From Ruditapes philippinarum (taxonomy: Eukaryota): a stretch of 64,000 bases of DNA. Location of the stretch: the NCBI RefSeq assembly GCF_026571515.1, contig NW_026862168.1, forward strand, positions 62,001-126,000. Reading direction: 5' to 3'. The position numbers and the translations under genes are program-made. Numbering within the stretch: position 1 is the first letter of the stretch; every line of letters starts with the position of its first letter. Positions 35,440 through 49,291 of this stretch are shown here, piece after piece. Under the pieces are notes generated by a model. The model did not search any database, was not told where the DNA came from, and saw only the letters and a list, made by a program, of their open reading frames with translations.

Positions 35440-38400
35440 TCAGTTGTAAGCGGAAATATAGGTCACTTCCGGTGGCGCTGTAATCCAAACATGGCGCGTG
35501 TTCCCCGCAACTTCCGGTTTGCCTTGTGAATAGTAAGGTCCTTTTACAATGAAGGCTGAATGATCTGAAGGAATGATGTGAACTGCCTGGTGATGAGATG
35601 ATGGCCGATAGTAGTGAATATCCGTTATTTCCGGTCCGTCTACGTGAGTTCCCGTATCATCCTATATAGAAAGGTAAATTTGCGTGGAAAATATTATCTC
35701 ATTTATTAAAAAAATTATATTTCAGACGTTAACTGATAATATATCCATTCTCTAGTGTCAGTTTACATAATTAATATTATAAATAAATAGAAATATAAGG
35801 TAGCAAAATATTCATTTCTTTCGTATATTCAATGCATAAAATGATTTGCTTTTGAAAGCACATATGAAAAACGAATATTTCTCACCGATGTATCATGAAG
35901 GTCATGTTGGTTCAGACGCTTTGTACTTCCGGTCCTACCGCGCCTGTGTCTTAAGCAACATACACACGTTAGAATGCCAACGACTATAAGAAATGCCACA
36001 ACTCCACCAACAGCTATTGCAATGATGACGGGCGTCGAGAGACTGCATTCGTCACTTGAATCGGAGCAGTCTTCGAATCTGTCGCAGACGAGATCGTCAG
36101 ATATACACCGCTTGTTTGACTTGCACTGGAATTCGTTATCATTACATTTGTCTTCAGGATCTGTTAAAAAATCCATAACTTTCGGTGAACAAGTAGATAT
36201 TAACAGCAAAAGAGCAACGCATAATAAAATTCATGTCTTGTTGTTGGTCGAAGACTCTTCCAGTATGCTTTAAGAATGTTGTAAACAGAAATAATATCAT
36301 ATCATAAGTTTTATAGACGATTATACACTTTTCGACGTTGTTACATAGTCCATGTCCAAGTCGTTAATTTCACCACTGTCGTAGGATTCTAAATGTGAGA
36401 AAGCAATCCAGTTGACAAACGGAACGTAATACATGGCAAGAAATACAGTATATGTAGTCTGAATTATAACTCAATCAAATTATAACTCAATCAAACCTAT
36501 TGTATTCATTTTATCAAAATGTGAGCACAATAATAGCGACAATCGTTCTTGTTGTGTCACGAAGCAAATGTGCAATTGTTTGCACTATTAACCCTCGCAG
36601 CTCCGAATGTGATAATAGAAGACCAATGAATCTTGTATAGATCTAGAAAAGCACATCCGCACAGTTTGATTAAACTTTATACTTTTGGTGATCACTTAAA
36701 GTACTTTAATATTGAACTCCAATAGAAATGGACAGTTCCGAATCCAAGGCACGGCAAATCCATTATATAAACTCGGCAGTGAAAAAGTCGAAATAATCAA
36801 AGTTTATTTCTGTAATTTACCTGTTCGAAAAGCGGTGATTAGGATTCGAAATCCATCTAAGGCCTCTTCTTGGTCACTTTTGAACCTCAAAGTTATGTGG
36901 TCTGTGGTTGAAGCATAACTCCTTCTTAAGTTAGAGCTAGAACACACTCGTACATCTAATCCTGAATAATGAAAGGATTATGAGGACCAATATGTAAAAT
37001 GTATATTCAGTCTGTGACTGACTTTAAAAGTACCAGTACTCGAGAACAACTAGTATTCGTGAATGACTAGTATTCGAGAACAGCTAATATTCGGGCAGGA
37101 CTAGAATTGGAAAATGACTAGTATTTGAGAACAGCTAGAATTCGAGAGCGACTTATATTCGAAAACATCTAGTATTCGAGAATGACTCTTATGGACTTAT
37201 CGACAGCCTCTGACAAGTAGTATTATTATGTTCGTTATTGCATATGTCAAATATGCTGATACCATTAAGCCAAAAAAGTGAGAAAAAAAAACAACCCAAC
37301 TTTTTCAGCAAACATAAAATACCATGAAGGTAATCATATGATTAACCGAGTTATATATACTTATCAGCCAATAAATAAAGGGAGACTTACAAGTTCTCCA
37401 CGTAGAGTTAATTTGAGCAGCGCTATGACAAAACCAACCTAGTGCGTTTGCGACCAGCATGGATCCAGACCAGCCTGCGCATCCGCGTAGTCTGATCAGG
37501 ATTCATGCTGTTCGCTTTCAAACTCTATTTCAAGTAGAGAAAGTGAAAGCGAACAGCATGGATCCTGATCAGACTGCGCGGATGCGCAAGCTGGTCTTGG
37601 TCCATGCTTGTCGCAAATGCACTATGTTGGTTTTGTCATGGCGTGGCTCATTTATGTTCATAAAAATGTGTATCTGTTGTTAACAGCATTGTATTACTTA
37701 TTACTTGACGGAAACAAAAAGTAAAAAATACGTACATTCAACGTAAATTATATGTATTAGGAGCACCGTCTCTCGCACATCGGCTGGAATTACATGTTAT
37801 TGTGGACTCTGCTTGAATATTGATGGTAAAATAGATGGGGAAAATTTAGTAGCGTTCAACCTGAGCATATACAAACTTTTTTTTACCTTTGCGGGCGTTA
37901 AGTCAGTTTCTAAATTATACTATACTAACCTGGTAAGACGTCATTTATGAGTTCCGGCCCGTCATATATTTGCAGGAAGTCTTTATTGCAATTTTCACTT
38001 CTCTCTATGTTGTTTTTGAGTATCTTAACTTCGAGACGCTTCTCGTTTGGAGCTCTAAGTCGCATTACACAGTCCAGCGCATTATGGTACAGCTGTGTAT
38101 AGAATAGAACAATAATGAATTTAAAAAATGACAAATTAACACTCTCTAAAGTGACCGACAAGTAATGTCAAACGAAAATTACTGTAATCCTCCAAATTGC
38201 TATCATACCATTCACTTGAAGCATTCGGAATAGAATCGTTAATTTTGTTTTGGGTTGTGATTTACTTGGCACCAACACAGTATTCGTATATGTCATATGC
38301 AAACTTCCAGTTTAACTGGTTGAGGAAGACCTCAGATGACCTTCCGAGCATTTCTTCAGACACGAACAGGCAGTTGGTAGAAATATCAACATTCTGTCAT

Positions 38401-41400
38401 CTAGCTGGAAAGTTTCCTCACATGAAAGAATCCAAAGTCCTTGGGGGCATTCGAACCCATACGCGCAAGTTGTTTAAAGTCAAAGACCTTAACCATTCGG
38501 CCGCGGACGCCCCTTTGATCTTAACTCCCGACAGTGACTTGAGATTTTTTATGCGAGGAAGTTATCCAGCTAGCACACAAAAGGACGATGGTTTTACTCA
38601 GGTATTCGCTCGTGTCTGGCACGTAGAGGCGTCAGGTTTTTTCTCCCGACAGTAACGATAGGAAATCTGCATGAATATAAACACTATCAAAGATAAAGAA
38701 CTTTATATTTTTAAAAAATGTGAGCATTTTTCCTAACTCCCTATCTATTTTATATACATTTTTTTAGAAAATACCATTGCAAAGACTCGAACCTGATATT
38801 TCGTCATCTCAACTCGAATACTTTCAAGTTTTCTTTTTTCCATATCAATCAATTCCCCGCATTCGTCTTCCATAAAAACTGAAATTTAATAAAAGAGAAT
38901 GTTATCATTCTTTAATATTCCTTTCAAAAGAATATAAAAGCATTCTAAAACAGCGCCTCATCAGTATCAGTATTTTGAGCGACACGAAATCGAACTCGCG
39001 ATCACTTTGTTGCAGTCAGACTATGATACCACACGGACTTAGACAGACTCAGGCTATGATACCAGAAGAACTGAGATTATAATACCACATGAACTCGATC
39101 AGGCTATGTTACCACAGGCACACAAATTATGTAGCCACATGAACTCTGTCTATGATACCACATGAACTCATAGTATGTTACTACATGAACTCTGCCTGAA
39201 CTCTGAACTCAGACTATGATGCCACATGAAATCAGACTATGATACCTAATGAACTCCGACCACATGAATACACAATTTGTTACCGCATGAACTAAGACTA
39301 TATGTTTCCACATGAACTCAGATAATGATAATGATATTGATGATAATAACTTTATTAATATATTTACGATCGTATTTAATATCTCGTATTTAAAGAAGGT
39401 AACAATCGTAAAACACAAAAATAACTAAATGTGGCCTTCTTAACAATATATAAAAATATTCGCACAAAGCCTCAGAAACAACAGACTTTACTCAGAAGAA
39501 AAGCAAACACATGTTTAATAACGTTATAATAATGGATTAAGTGCATGTTTGATGCATATCACATAAGAAAACAATGTTTAATGTGAAATAATTTGCCATA
39601 AAAGTAGCAAAAACGTAAACAACGTGTGCTTTTGTCTTTCATACAAAATACTTCATTACACCATAACTTTACTGATGGTTCAAATGTTTTACATGAGTTA
39701 TCTATATGACCAGCGAGTTAGTACCATTTCAAAAACAGTAACAAAACACACACAAAAACTATGAGACAAAAAGTAAAAGCATTTTATGGGCTTTATGGAC
39801 ATTTAAGTAAAATTATCATGGATTAGTCAAGATTTTTTTTTCTCCTGATAACATCAGCTTCTTAAAGCATGACTTATTCTAATTTAAATCATTTAAAAAT
39901 CATTCTAATCGCGAGGTTATTTCATGTTCGAAGTATCTTCAAATTTATTTTTCATTTTTTTTACCACATTCCATTGAATCGCATTTAAAATGTTTGTTTT
40001 GTTTTTTTTTTCTTTTTTTTCCCTGAAATATTGAATTAATAATTTGATCTTGCTATCAGGGAAGATATATCTAATAATAAACTTAACTGAAATTTTCTAT
40101 TATATTACTCAGTAATACGATGAAATGAACACTAATTCATTATTTCTTGGTTATCTGTAAAATGTATTTAATACTAATAATGCATTTTCTCAAGAACTTG
40201 TATCGATGCATGTGGTTTCCAGTTAAGCATACATACAATGCTTGAAACAAGTTTTGAAAAAGAAAAAAAAAAAAAAAAACTACATAAATAATGTTTTCCC
40301 CCTCCTTAACATGTTTTCCGCCATTTTTGTAATCGATCCTGCGCCCGTTTCGATGTCAATTTGTTTCATTTTACGATGTTTATTAACATTTAAGAGTCGT
40401 TACCTGGTATAAATTTACTTTTTATATTCAATTAATTGCTAAAAACCTATAAGATTAATGTTTTACGTTGAAAATAAGTGCTGTGTTGTGTGTATTTGGT
40501 GTTTTTATGAAACCCTAGGAAAAAAATAATATTTTTTTACAAGTGTTTGTCAGAGTTTACAAGAAAAACAAACTAAAATAAATAGACAAATAAAAATGGT
40601 TCGAATTCAAACTTTCTGCCAATTATATTACACCTCCACTTGCTGAAAATCAATCAAGCGTGTACCGTACACTGTGTTACATGGATGTGCCAGGTGATCT
40701 TGGTCTGCACTGGTTGGTCGGCACAAATCGCATTGATAGATCCAGTTGCCGCCAACAGGCTAACAGATTGTTACAACGTGTGCGGTTATCACAAAAAGTC
40801 ATTATGCTATCGAGTGCAAACAAAAACCGGAAATGCCAACAGTCACGCACTTAAAGTGTTAATTTTTAACCCAAAGATATATCTTTAAAGCATTCCTCGT
40901 CGTTCCTGCATCTACAATGTAGTGGCGTTCCCTGCTTTTCGATCCGTCTCCTTCGTATAAGGGGTTCATGCATCCCAGTACCATTTCTCGTCGACCCGGT
41001 CGCTTTGTTGGACAACGTCTTTCGGCTAAAGTCAGGACATCGGCAATTGCTCTCCAAGAGTTCAGATAACAACTTATTTTATTATATACATGTAGTAGCA
41101 AATATTTAGGAGACAGGGTTTTAGTAAGATTGGACTCGACCGACATTTCCTGAAGCCAGTTCGTACCACTCGGGTATGGTGTATTAATATAATGATTAGG
41201 TTAATATTTATACTAGTATGTAATCAATAACTGATCGCGATCGAAACTCTAAATTATCGATATTTACTTTTTCATTAACAAAAATGTCATATAATAATCG
41301 GCTTTCAATAAATTGTTTATCATCTGTTCATGTTTATGAATTATCTGCCTTAATGGATGGTCGGACCTTAAGTCTAAACGTACAAAATGACATGGTTACG

Positions 41401-44400
41401 GCCAATTTACCCCTAGATGTCACAAAGGAGCGTTGTTAGATGCTATACCCGATTGATGCACTAAGTTAATCTTGAACAAACGGTATAGTAACGTTTTCAT
41501 ATCGTACGTTAGAATCAATATATACATCATCTATGGTAAAACTACTCTTGGGGAGACGTTCATATGTACCTCTTTTGACACATTGCATTTATCTACAGAT
41601 TAAATTCAAAACATTTACAGGATGTTTGTAGATAGGATCATAGTCTTTACATTAAGGTGGTCTCTCCTTACAGGTCATCAGTTTGACAGTATTTCCATGT
41701 GACAGTGCCTCCGATAGCAAAAATTTAAGAAAAATCTAAGTTGATACTACTTTCATCAATTATTCATATGACAAAGTCACTGTCATGACTCAATCGATAA
41801 TCGATATCATATTGTTTCACCTGGCATAGTTTAAAAATCAAAACTAGGTTATTGTTAGCTTATTCAAACCGTAAACAAAATTGCGCGTAATTTGACTCCC
41901 TTGATGATATTGTTGCCATTTTGAAATATTAATATTTAATGCAAATATTTTTCTCTATTTCAAGGGTTCTCCTTAAGTTTATACACAAACGAGTTAGTTA
42001 TCTTGAAGAATTTAAATAGTTAAAACTTAAAGGCCGGTGCTAGGGAGGCTAGGACGTTAACAGACATTTACCACTGTCGTGCATGAACAGACGCTATCAG
42101 TTTCAATAGAGTTTAAGTACATGCTGCTTATTTCGGAATCAAACTCCTTATTACTAGCAATGATAGCACGGATAAGTAACTTACTAACCAACCATCCAGC
42201 TACCTAGCCAGCCAACCAACCAATCAACCAAAAAACAAAACAAAAAAACAGCCAACTAAAAACCAACCAACAAGCTAGCAGCCAAACAAATTATAAACTA
42301 TCAAAGAACTTAAATAGATTTTTATTAATCTTCAAGAGTGATCTCTAAAAATTTTAATAAATAATCAAAATGTTAACAGATGGAGGCGGGTCATGTTCAG
42401 AGTAACAATTATTAAATCTATTTTGATTATAAATTAAAAATAAGACAACGCTACAAAATGTAGGAAGCGTTTTTAAAGAAAATATTGTCAATCATCAAAA
42501 TTTTATAAGTCATAATGCCGCAAGCAGTTGAATGGACTTTTAATGAAATATCTGTCAATCTACACGATTTTATTTACTTTATTTAGCTGTAAGCAATTGT
42601 TTTACAACTCTTGTTGCTAAAACGTTTTCTTTATGATCATCATCTTTAGCAATTAATCTTTAGCAATTTGTATTTGAACTAGATATTTTATTGCATGAAA
42701 AGCTATTATATATATAAGATACTATACAAAATGTGGATTTATAGATTATCCTGTGACAGATTGACATTAACTTTGACCCACTTTCCTATACATTGTATCT
42801 ACAAACGCTACCTACAAAGACAACAACGACAACAACAACATCATTATCAGCAGCAACAGCAGTAATAGCAGTAGCAGCAACAACAACAACAAAAACAACA
42901 ACTCTATCAAGCAAGGGAAGGGAACAATGTAATAACGCAAAGTATGGCACCCCACCCTCAATCAGTCAAACCTATGAAGTAGAAAGTGCGTACGTAGCTC
43001 TGGGGGAATAACTTTCTTTTATGTAATAAACTAACATTTTCAATCAAATGCCGAACATGAAAGAAAAATAGATAGAAAAATGCATTAAGATGATTTATTT
43101 CGTAAAGAGATCTGCGTCGAACGAGAAAAGGTGAAGGTTATGACGTAAAATCCCACTTTTTAATTACATTAAAAAGACTGTCGAAAAATTAATTTAACAA
43201 ATGGACGTTAAATCTGAATATGACTATTACAAAATATGTTTAAATAATTGCCTGTCATAAAAATGCAGCAGCCTGTCATAATTAAAAATGCAGCAAAGGG
43301 ATTTTTTCCCCATCATATTTGCAAATTTTACGAGAATTTATTATCAGCTGTAGAAAGATATTTAGACGAACAGTATGTGTCGAGACGAGCCCTTTATCAA
43401 ATATCGTACACAGCTTGTCGAATAATGGGGAATATTAAATTTGATTTAAAGGTAACTGGTTATTACAGGTATCAGAACAACAGCATGCTGATCAATTCGT
43501 ATACGTCGTTATGCAGCTGTTTCTTACACGTGTCACGTGTTATGCCAGGCATATACTTTTATACACAAGTGTAGATTCTGAACAATCTCTGAGAACAAAA
43601 AGGACCGATATGTCAATAAATAGTTAGAAACGATTTTTGTCGATAATCGAGAACGATAAAGTTACAATGTATGCTAGATGAATGGTAGTGGCGATAATGA
43701 AATGCCGATGGCACCAGTGCACGCACTTCCGTGCAGTCAGGTCACTCACATATAATGTTAGGTCTTTCTAACATCCCCAAAATTCAGAATAAATATTTCT
43801 AAATTTAAAGCAGAGCGTGCCCATTCCAAAAAAATATGTAGAGTTAAAGATTGCAAACTGATAAAAATGGACAGATATTCAACCGTTAAAGCGTCAAATA
43901 TTCCTTGCTGATTGATTAAACATTTATTAAACGTGACTGAAGATCTGTCGCCTATTGTGCTCTTTAAAATATTTTTCTCTGTATTAAAAATGAGCTTAAA
44001 CTGTAACAATAGCTAGGAATTTTCATGGCCAGGAATGTAGAGCGATTAATTTACGAATAATTACAGTGTCGCTCCCAGTAGCCAAGTACAAATAAATATT
44101 TTATGTGTGCGGAAAGTCGAAAATAAAACGTAATTTGCATAACCAGTGCGTAAAATTTAAACATTCAAATGTTGAGTCTAAGCCAAATAGCCCATTAAAT
44201 TTAAGTAACAAGAATGTGTTGTATTTAATGGGAGAATCAATTAGTTAAACAGTTTCAGTGTGCGTTAAATCCAAACAGAAATGGGTTGGGTATCATATAT
44301 AAACAAACAAGTACAGTAAAACAGAATATATAAATGTTGAAATTTATCAAAATATAATAACAATTTTGTCTTCGTTACAAAATGAGAACGGTAACATAGG

Positions 44401-45507
44401 ATATAAATTTTGACTAAAATAGATACAAGTTATCAAATACACGTATAATTTCCATACTGTCTACTTATATTTCCAAGGTTACTTTAAGTAAAGACTTCGT
44501 GAACTTACCCAAAACTTCAAAACTTTATGGAGATATATAATATCAAAAAAGTAATTTTATGGGCTTTAAATACGATCAAAACAAACTAGGCCTTAAAGTA
44601 AAACATTTTTTCTTTAAAGATATCATGTATTTTTTTGGCATTGACATAATATATAATTATAAAAGCCATGACTGTCTAGGCTGAATGTTACTGATGTAAC
44701 TGCTAATTTTTATGTATTGTCCAGGTCAAGCAAATATAACTGGCAAGACGAACTTGTTTGGTATGAGATAAAACACAACACTTAGGTTGAATGAAATAGG
44801 GCATTTATTAAATGCCATAAATGACAAATGTTACATAATAACAAACATGACAAATGTTACATAATAACAAACATGGCATGTACATATTTGTATCGAAATA
44901 ACCAAACTGGGAGGTAAAAACCGCTGTCTAGGCTGAATGTTACTGATGTAACTGCTAATTTACGTTTTTGATAAATTATGTTTCACATTTTGCTTCATTT
45001 ATTTCTATTTTCTAAGTGTACATACTCATACGTGCTAAGTTATGTACCACACGTGCTAAGTTATGTACCACACGTGCTAAGACATGTACGATCCTGTAAC
45101 ATGTATCAGTTAGATTTTGATCCCTTTGGAAACGTTGAAGGGACTCCATTTATACTTACATTTTTTCCGTATACATACTTTTTTTCTAAACAAATCAGAT
45201 CGTCCAATCATGATTATTGTCATCTTATATTTAAAGTCATATTTTAAATGAATAGATACTCAAACTACTTTTACATTAACAATATCATGCATAATCTTAC
45301 ATAATTTTTTTTTTATTTCGAGATGTAATCGATTTGTAAACTGGCGGAAAATTATTTAATTATAAAACGTTTCAAAAATGATGAGTTTAAATATGAAACA
45401 TGATTGTAAAGATATTTAATAAGTTTAAACTTACATCTCTCGGAGGATGCCATGCATTGCGGAAAGAAAAACATCAACGTAACACAAATAAATCCAATTC
45501 TATCCAT
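35440..45507 (-). CDS. Type-I membrane protein: signal peptide-CUB-LDLa-TM-Tyr-rich tail (paralog B)
   Basis: Exons 45507-45435 (MDRIGFICVTLMFFFPQCMASSER), 38878-38793, 38092-37930 (DFLQIYDG), 36961-36821 (TLRFKSD; 141 nt, as in paralog A), 36160-35886 (LDLa CNDNEFQCKSNKRCISDDLVCDRFEDCSDSSDE plus TM) and 35661-35440 (...VTYISAYN*). Phases are consistent. Confidence 0.85.
37035..37190. repeat. ~17-bp minisatellite (CTAGTATTCGAGAAC/TGA)
   Basis: About 9 visible tandem copies. Confidence 0.8.
37414..37650. mobile_element. Foldback MITE with ~105-bp inverted arms
   Basis: TGAGC...GACAAAACCAAC...GCATGGATCCAGACCAGCCTGCGCATCCGCG mirrored by CGCGGATGCGC...GTTGGTTTTGTCATG...GCTCA. Confidence 0.85.
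38245..38513 (-). mobile_element. tRNA-derived SINE (family shared with 57541-57770)
   Basis: Minus strand GGCCGAATGGTTAAGGTC...GGGTTCGAATGCC, body TTCTTTCATGTGAGGAAAC...CAGCTAG, AAAC-type tail. Confidence 0.8.
38520..38660 (+). mobile_element. Truncated SINE of the same family, opposite orientation
   Basis: GAGGAAGTTATCCAGCTAGC...GATGGTTTTACTCAGGT matches the SINE body. Confidence 0.6.
39015..39325. repeat. ~22-25-bp minisatellite (CTATGATACCACATGAACTCAGA)
   Basis: About 12 diverged tandem copies. Confidence 0.8.
42815..42905. repeat. (CAA/CAG/TAG)n microsatellite
   Basis: Directly visible; explains the T/A-rich spurious ORF 42793-43011. Confidence 0.8.
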
Positions 45508-46159
45508 TTCGGAATTTAGTCCTTTAAAATGTTTTTCTTTTTCTTTAAAACAAAGATTCTTTCTCTTCAAAATAGGCAGTTAACGGGTAAAGCGACTTAA
45601 CCAGTGTGTTGTTTTTGAACATGAACTGGAGCGGAGATTTCTCGAACAATACTACTTTATAAATGCAGACGACAGTCAATTTTAGGCGCTAAAAGGCAGA
45701 TGTCAATCTAAGCACACTCAGTTTCTGAAGAAACAAAAAAATCAATAGAACGTTGCATAATGTGTAAAACATGATCGATTACATTCAAAAAGGAAAATTA
45801 GTCAGTTTTTTGTTTAGAAGGGAACAAAAAACGCCGGTACAGGTAAAATAATACCTAAAAAAAAAGATTATAAATCTAACGCAGTGACCTTGATAATTTG
45901 AATTATGAGTCCACCAAAACGTAATTTATTTCCTTGCTTTTAACTACCGATGTTTCAAAGAAGATATATTTAGCGACATGTACACGTCAATATTTCAACT
46001 ATCGCATTTTAATTTGTAGAGAGGAAAATATCTCTTGAGGGATTTTAGATTTTCCTGAAATATGTTTGTTTTTCATTCTTTACTGTTTCACAGAAAAGGT
46101 AAGGTTTGATCGAAGTCAGAAGTCTCTTGGTGAACCACTTCACAGTATGCATGCATAAT

Positions 46160-46310
46160 AAAGGCACCAGTAAAGCTGGAAAGATCCCATATGATCGTAC
46201 AGTGTTGTTGTTACTTAAAGCCCAAACAAACAAACGAACGAACGAACGAACAAACAAACGAACAACGAACAAAAAAAAATCCAACCAACCAAACAAACAA
46301 TTAAACAAAC
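46160..46310 (+). mobile_element. SINE 3' fragment with expanded (AAAC/AACG)n tail
   Basis: CCAGTAAAGCTGGAAAG...CATATGA...TGT matches the 3' part of the SINE copies at 56000 and 57541. Confidence 0.55.
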
Positions 46311-47854
46311 AACTTTCATTGAAGAAAAAATACGATTTTTATATTTTTGAATTTAATAGTACCTTTGAACTGCTTGAAAAGGTAGACAACTGTATGTCCG
46401 AAGCTACCAGTCGCCGATACGAATTGTCTATAATAATATTTGTTGTTTATGTATTCAATGTAGAGGTGTTTGGATGAAATTAGGTAATTGTAATATTAAT
46501 GGTAAATGTTTTAATTTAAATAAAACATGTTACACGTTTAATGATTGTAATTGTAATATTGGTTTTACACAAGATTATCTAAATGGTTTGCGCCATTTTA
46601 ATCTTTTTACCAAAATGTAAATATAAATGGAATACTTATACCTGATAGTGAAAGTACAGATGATATACAGAAATTTTTTGAAATTATTTATTGCCGAAAC
46701 TGTCATTTAAGCTAACAGTGAAATGAATTACAAAACTTCCTTAATTTATATGAAGAATTTTGTGATACCGAAATCGATCATGCCATGTGGAACTCTCGAG
46801 GCCAATTTTCGTGGGTTGTAGCTTTGTGTCTTATATTACTGTATGGAAAAACGTTCACTAATGCAATTTTTAATACGGAACGGAATCAGGCAAATGATGT
46901 TTTTAGTGTTGGCTCCAAAAAAAGTGTTTCTATGAAAATGTATACACTAGAGGCCCGCGTGGTATGGTCATGTTTTGGTTCGGTGATTTGTTCTTTCTTA
47001 CATAATGTCTAAGATTGTTAGTTAAAAGTACCAAATTCTTCAGCCAGCCATTAAAACGCCCTTTGTCTGATTATGGTGTAGATTAGCCCTTTCCTTTTGT
47101 TTGTTATTCCAAAATCAAAATCTTAGCAATTTAGCCGTTCGAGACCGCCCTGGCATGGTCGCTCTTTGAACGGTATTTTTTCTCTAGACCTTTAAAGCGA
47201 TGACAGATTTCAAGCATTTTTATAGAGACCCAAGCCACGTGAAACTGTAGTCTATTGCTCCGAATTGGCACTAAACAAATCGAAAACTGCAACTTCCGGA
47301 AAACGTTATCAAGTTGTTTGTGACATAAACGCGCGTGTTAGAGCACGTAATTACAGGAAATAATGTCATGCACTGCGAGTCATTGTAAAATGAATGCTAC
47401 GTTCTTTTAAAATAAGAAAATGAAATGATTTAGTGATCTTTCTTAATTTTGTAATTGCTCCCGATTTTAGCATTTTGGAAAACATTACATTATGACAGGA
47501 ACGGTGAAGTGAATTGCACAGGGTCAAAAAATTGTGTTCCCGGTAGAATTCAAATTTAAAACTTTGTGTATTAACATGGACACACGTATCTAAATTTTTT
47601 AATTTATCATTGACCTATAAAACGTGACAGCCTTTATTTTGCGCCATGTATATGTTTCAATGGTCGACTCATATCCAAATATAGGAAAATAGAATGGAAC
47701 CTACGGAAGCCAAAAATTGCTTCCTACGAGATAACATTTCATTAGGAATGGTAGTTGAAAGCATTTTCTAAAACAAACCGTTGAAACACAATGTGTTCTA
47801 TTCACTTCCTACGGTGTTCCGTTTGGACAATAGTGTTTTTTTGTTTCGTCCTTA

Positions 47855-48000
47855 CCCGCGATGCACTATGGTACGATGGTGAAAACGCGATAGTACGATG
47901 ACACGATGATGAAAACACGATGATACGATGGTGAAAACACGATGGTACGATGGTGAAATCGCGATGTCGCGATGGTAATATGATAAAAACCCGATGTTTT
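47855..48000. repeat. Minisatellite (ACGATGGTGAAAAC)
   Basis: Directly visible tandem copies. Confidence 0.75.
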
Positions 48001-49291
48001 CGAGCAGTCTTTCTTCAGCCTTGTGCACATTCTAACAAATTACACTCCCACTTCCCTTACTTTCTTCAAACTGCCTCAAAATTTCCTGAAATATCTTATA
48101 AAAGTAAAAAACATTTTATTTTACCGTTTTATACGAAAAAGGTCTAGTATCAGACATGAACAATGGAAGTTAGATATAGATCAAATAAGATTTCTGTTTT
48201 GCACTCCGATAAACTGCATAAAATTCGAAGTAATTCTTTAGTCATAAAATAGAAAGGAGAGAAAATCTATAGAGTAAATAAAGAAATCATCACGAAAATC
48301 AAAGGGAAGAAAATTCTTGAGATAAAGGTGATAGCATAATGTGAGTACTTCCAAGTGTAAGCAAGGTAAATGCCGGCAGTAATCAGTAACCCCCTCCCCC
48401 ATAAAGAAAAAGATTATTTCTGGTATATATTTGAAGTAGCTATATTAGCACTGTCAACTTATCGGACCTTTTGTGGCGTACAGTCGTCTTATCGTGCCAA
48501 AACCCGTCATAACATTAATATTTTAACAACAATGCATAAGTATATATCTTAGGACAGTAGTTTTTGCTAGGCAGCTCAATAATGAGTATTTACGTAAGTT
48601 GTAAGTAGAAATAACAACTAGCATTCACGATACTGGCTTAATTTAAACTTATGACTTTGTCACGGACACAAAATAAGTTATTGCCAATTTTCATTCAATA
48701 GCTTTTTTACTATTGTACCTAAACTTCTATGATTTCGAGGAAATACATGTAGGTCAGAGCCTCACATCCTCCACACAAAATTTTCATTTTTAATCGTCAG
48801 TGACTGCTATATTTTATAAAATATTCTCACTCTGACGTGTGTTTACATTCTGAAATCCGCCATTATTCCGAATCGCACCTCGCTTTTCACCGAATTTCAC
48901 CTCGCTTAAAAAGTATCGCACCGCTATACGTTCGACCTGCTGCATATACTGATGGTGCATGATGAGTTTGATTTAATTTGAAAGTAGGTGTATTGTAACA
49001 GGACATACATGAATGCGTTATTTTGTCGGTATGATGATGTATTTATAGACTGTTATTCAATAACTTCAACATTCATGTATTTGTGTTATATCAGGTCGTT
49101 TTTATCTGATAATCGCAACGTACATATACATAATGAACGCTCATTCTATGTAGAGACACTCATAAAAAGGGGAAAAAAGTATTTAAAAAACTAGTTGTCT
49201 CTGAATGGACTTTGAATTTTTATTAAAAAATATACGTGATTACGCCTGACCGGATTAATTCAGTGCTGATTTAACTAGGTTTTAATGAAAT

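Noticed and set aside
35440-35470. ITIM in paralog B tail (VTYISA)
   Set aside because: The +3 residue is Ala rather than Leu/Val, so it does not meet the consensus.
40859-41146. GC-richer ORF pair, possibly an RTE-type LINE 3' remnant
   Set aside because: The resemblance is too weak to call without a search; no RT motifs, tail or TSD identified.
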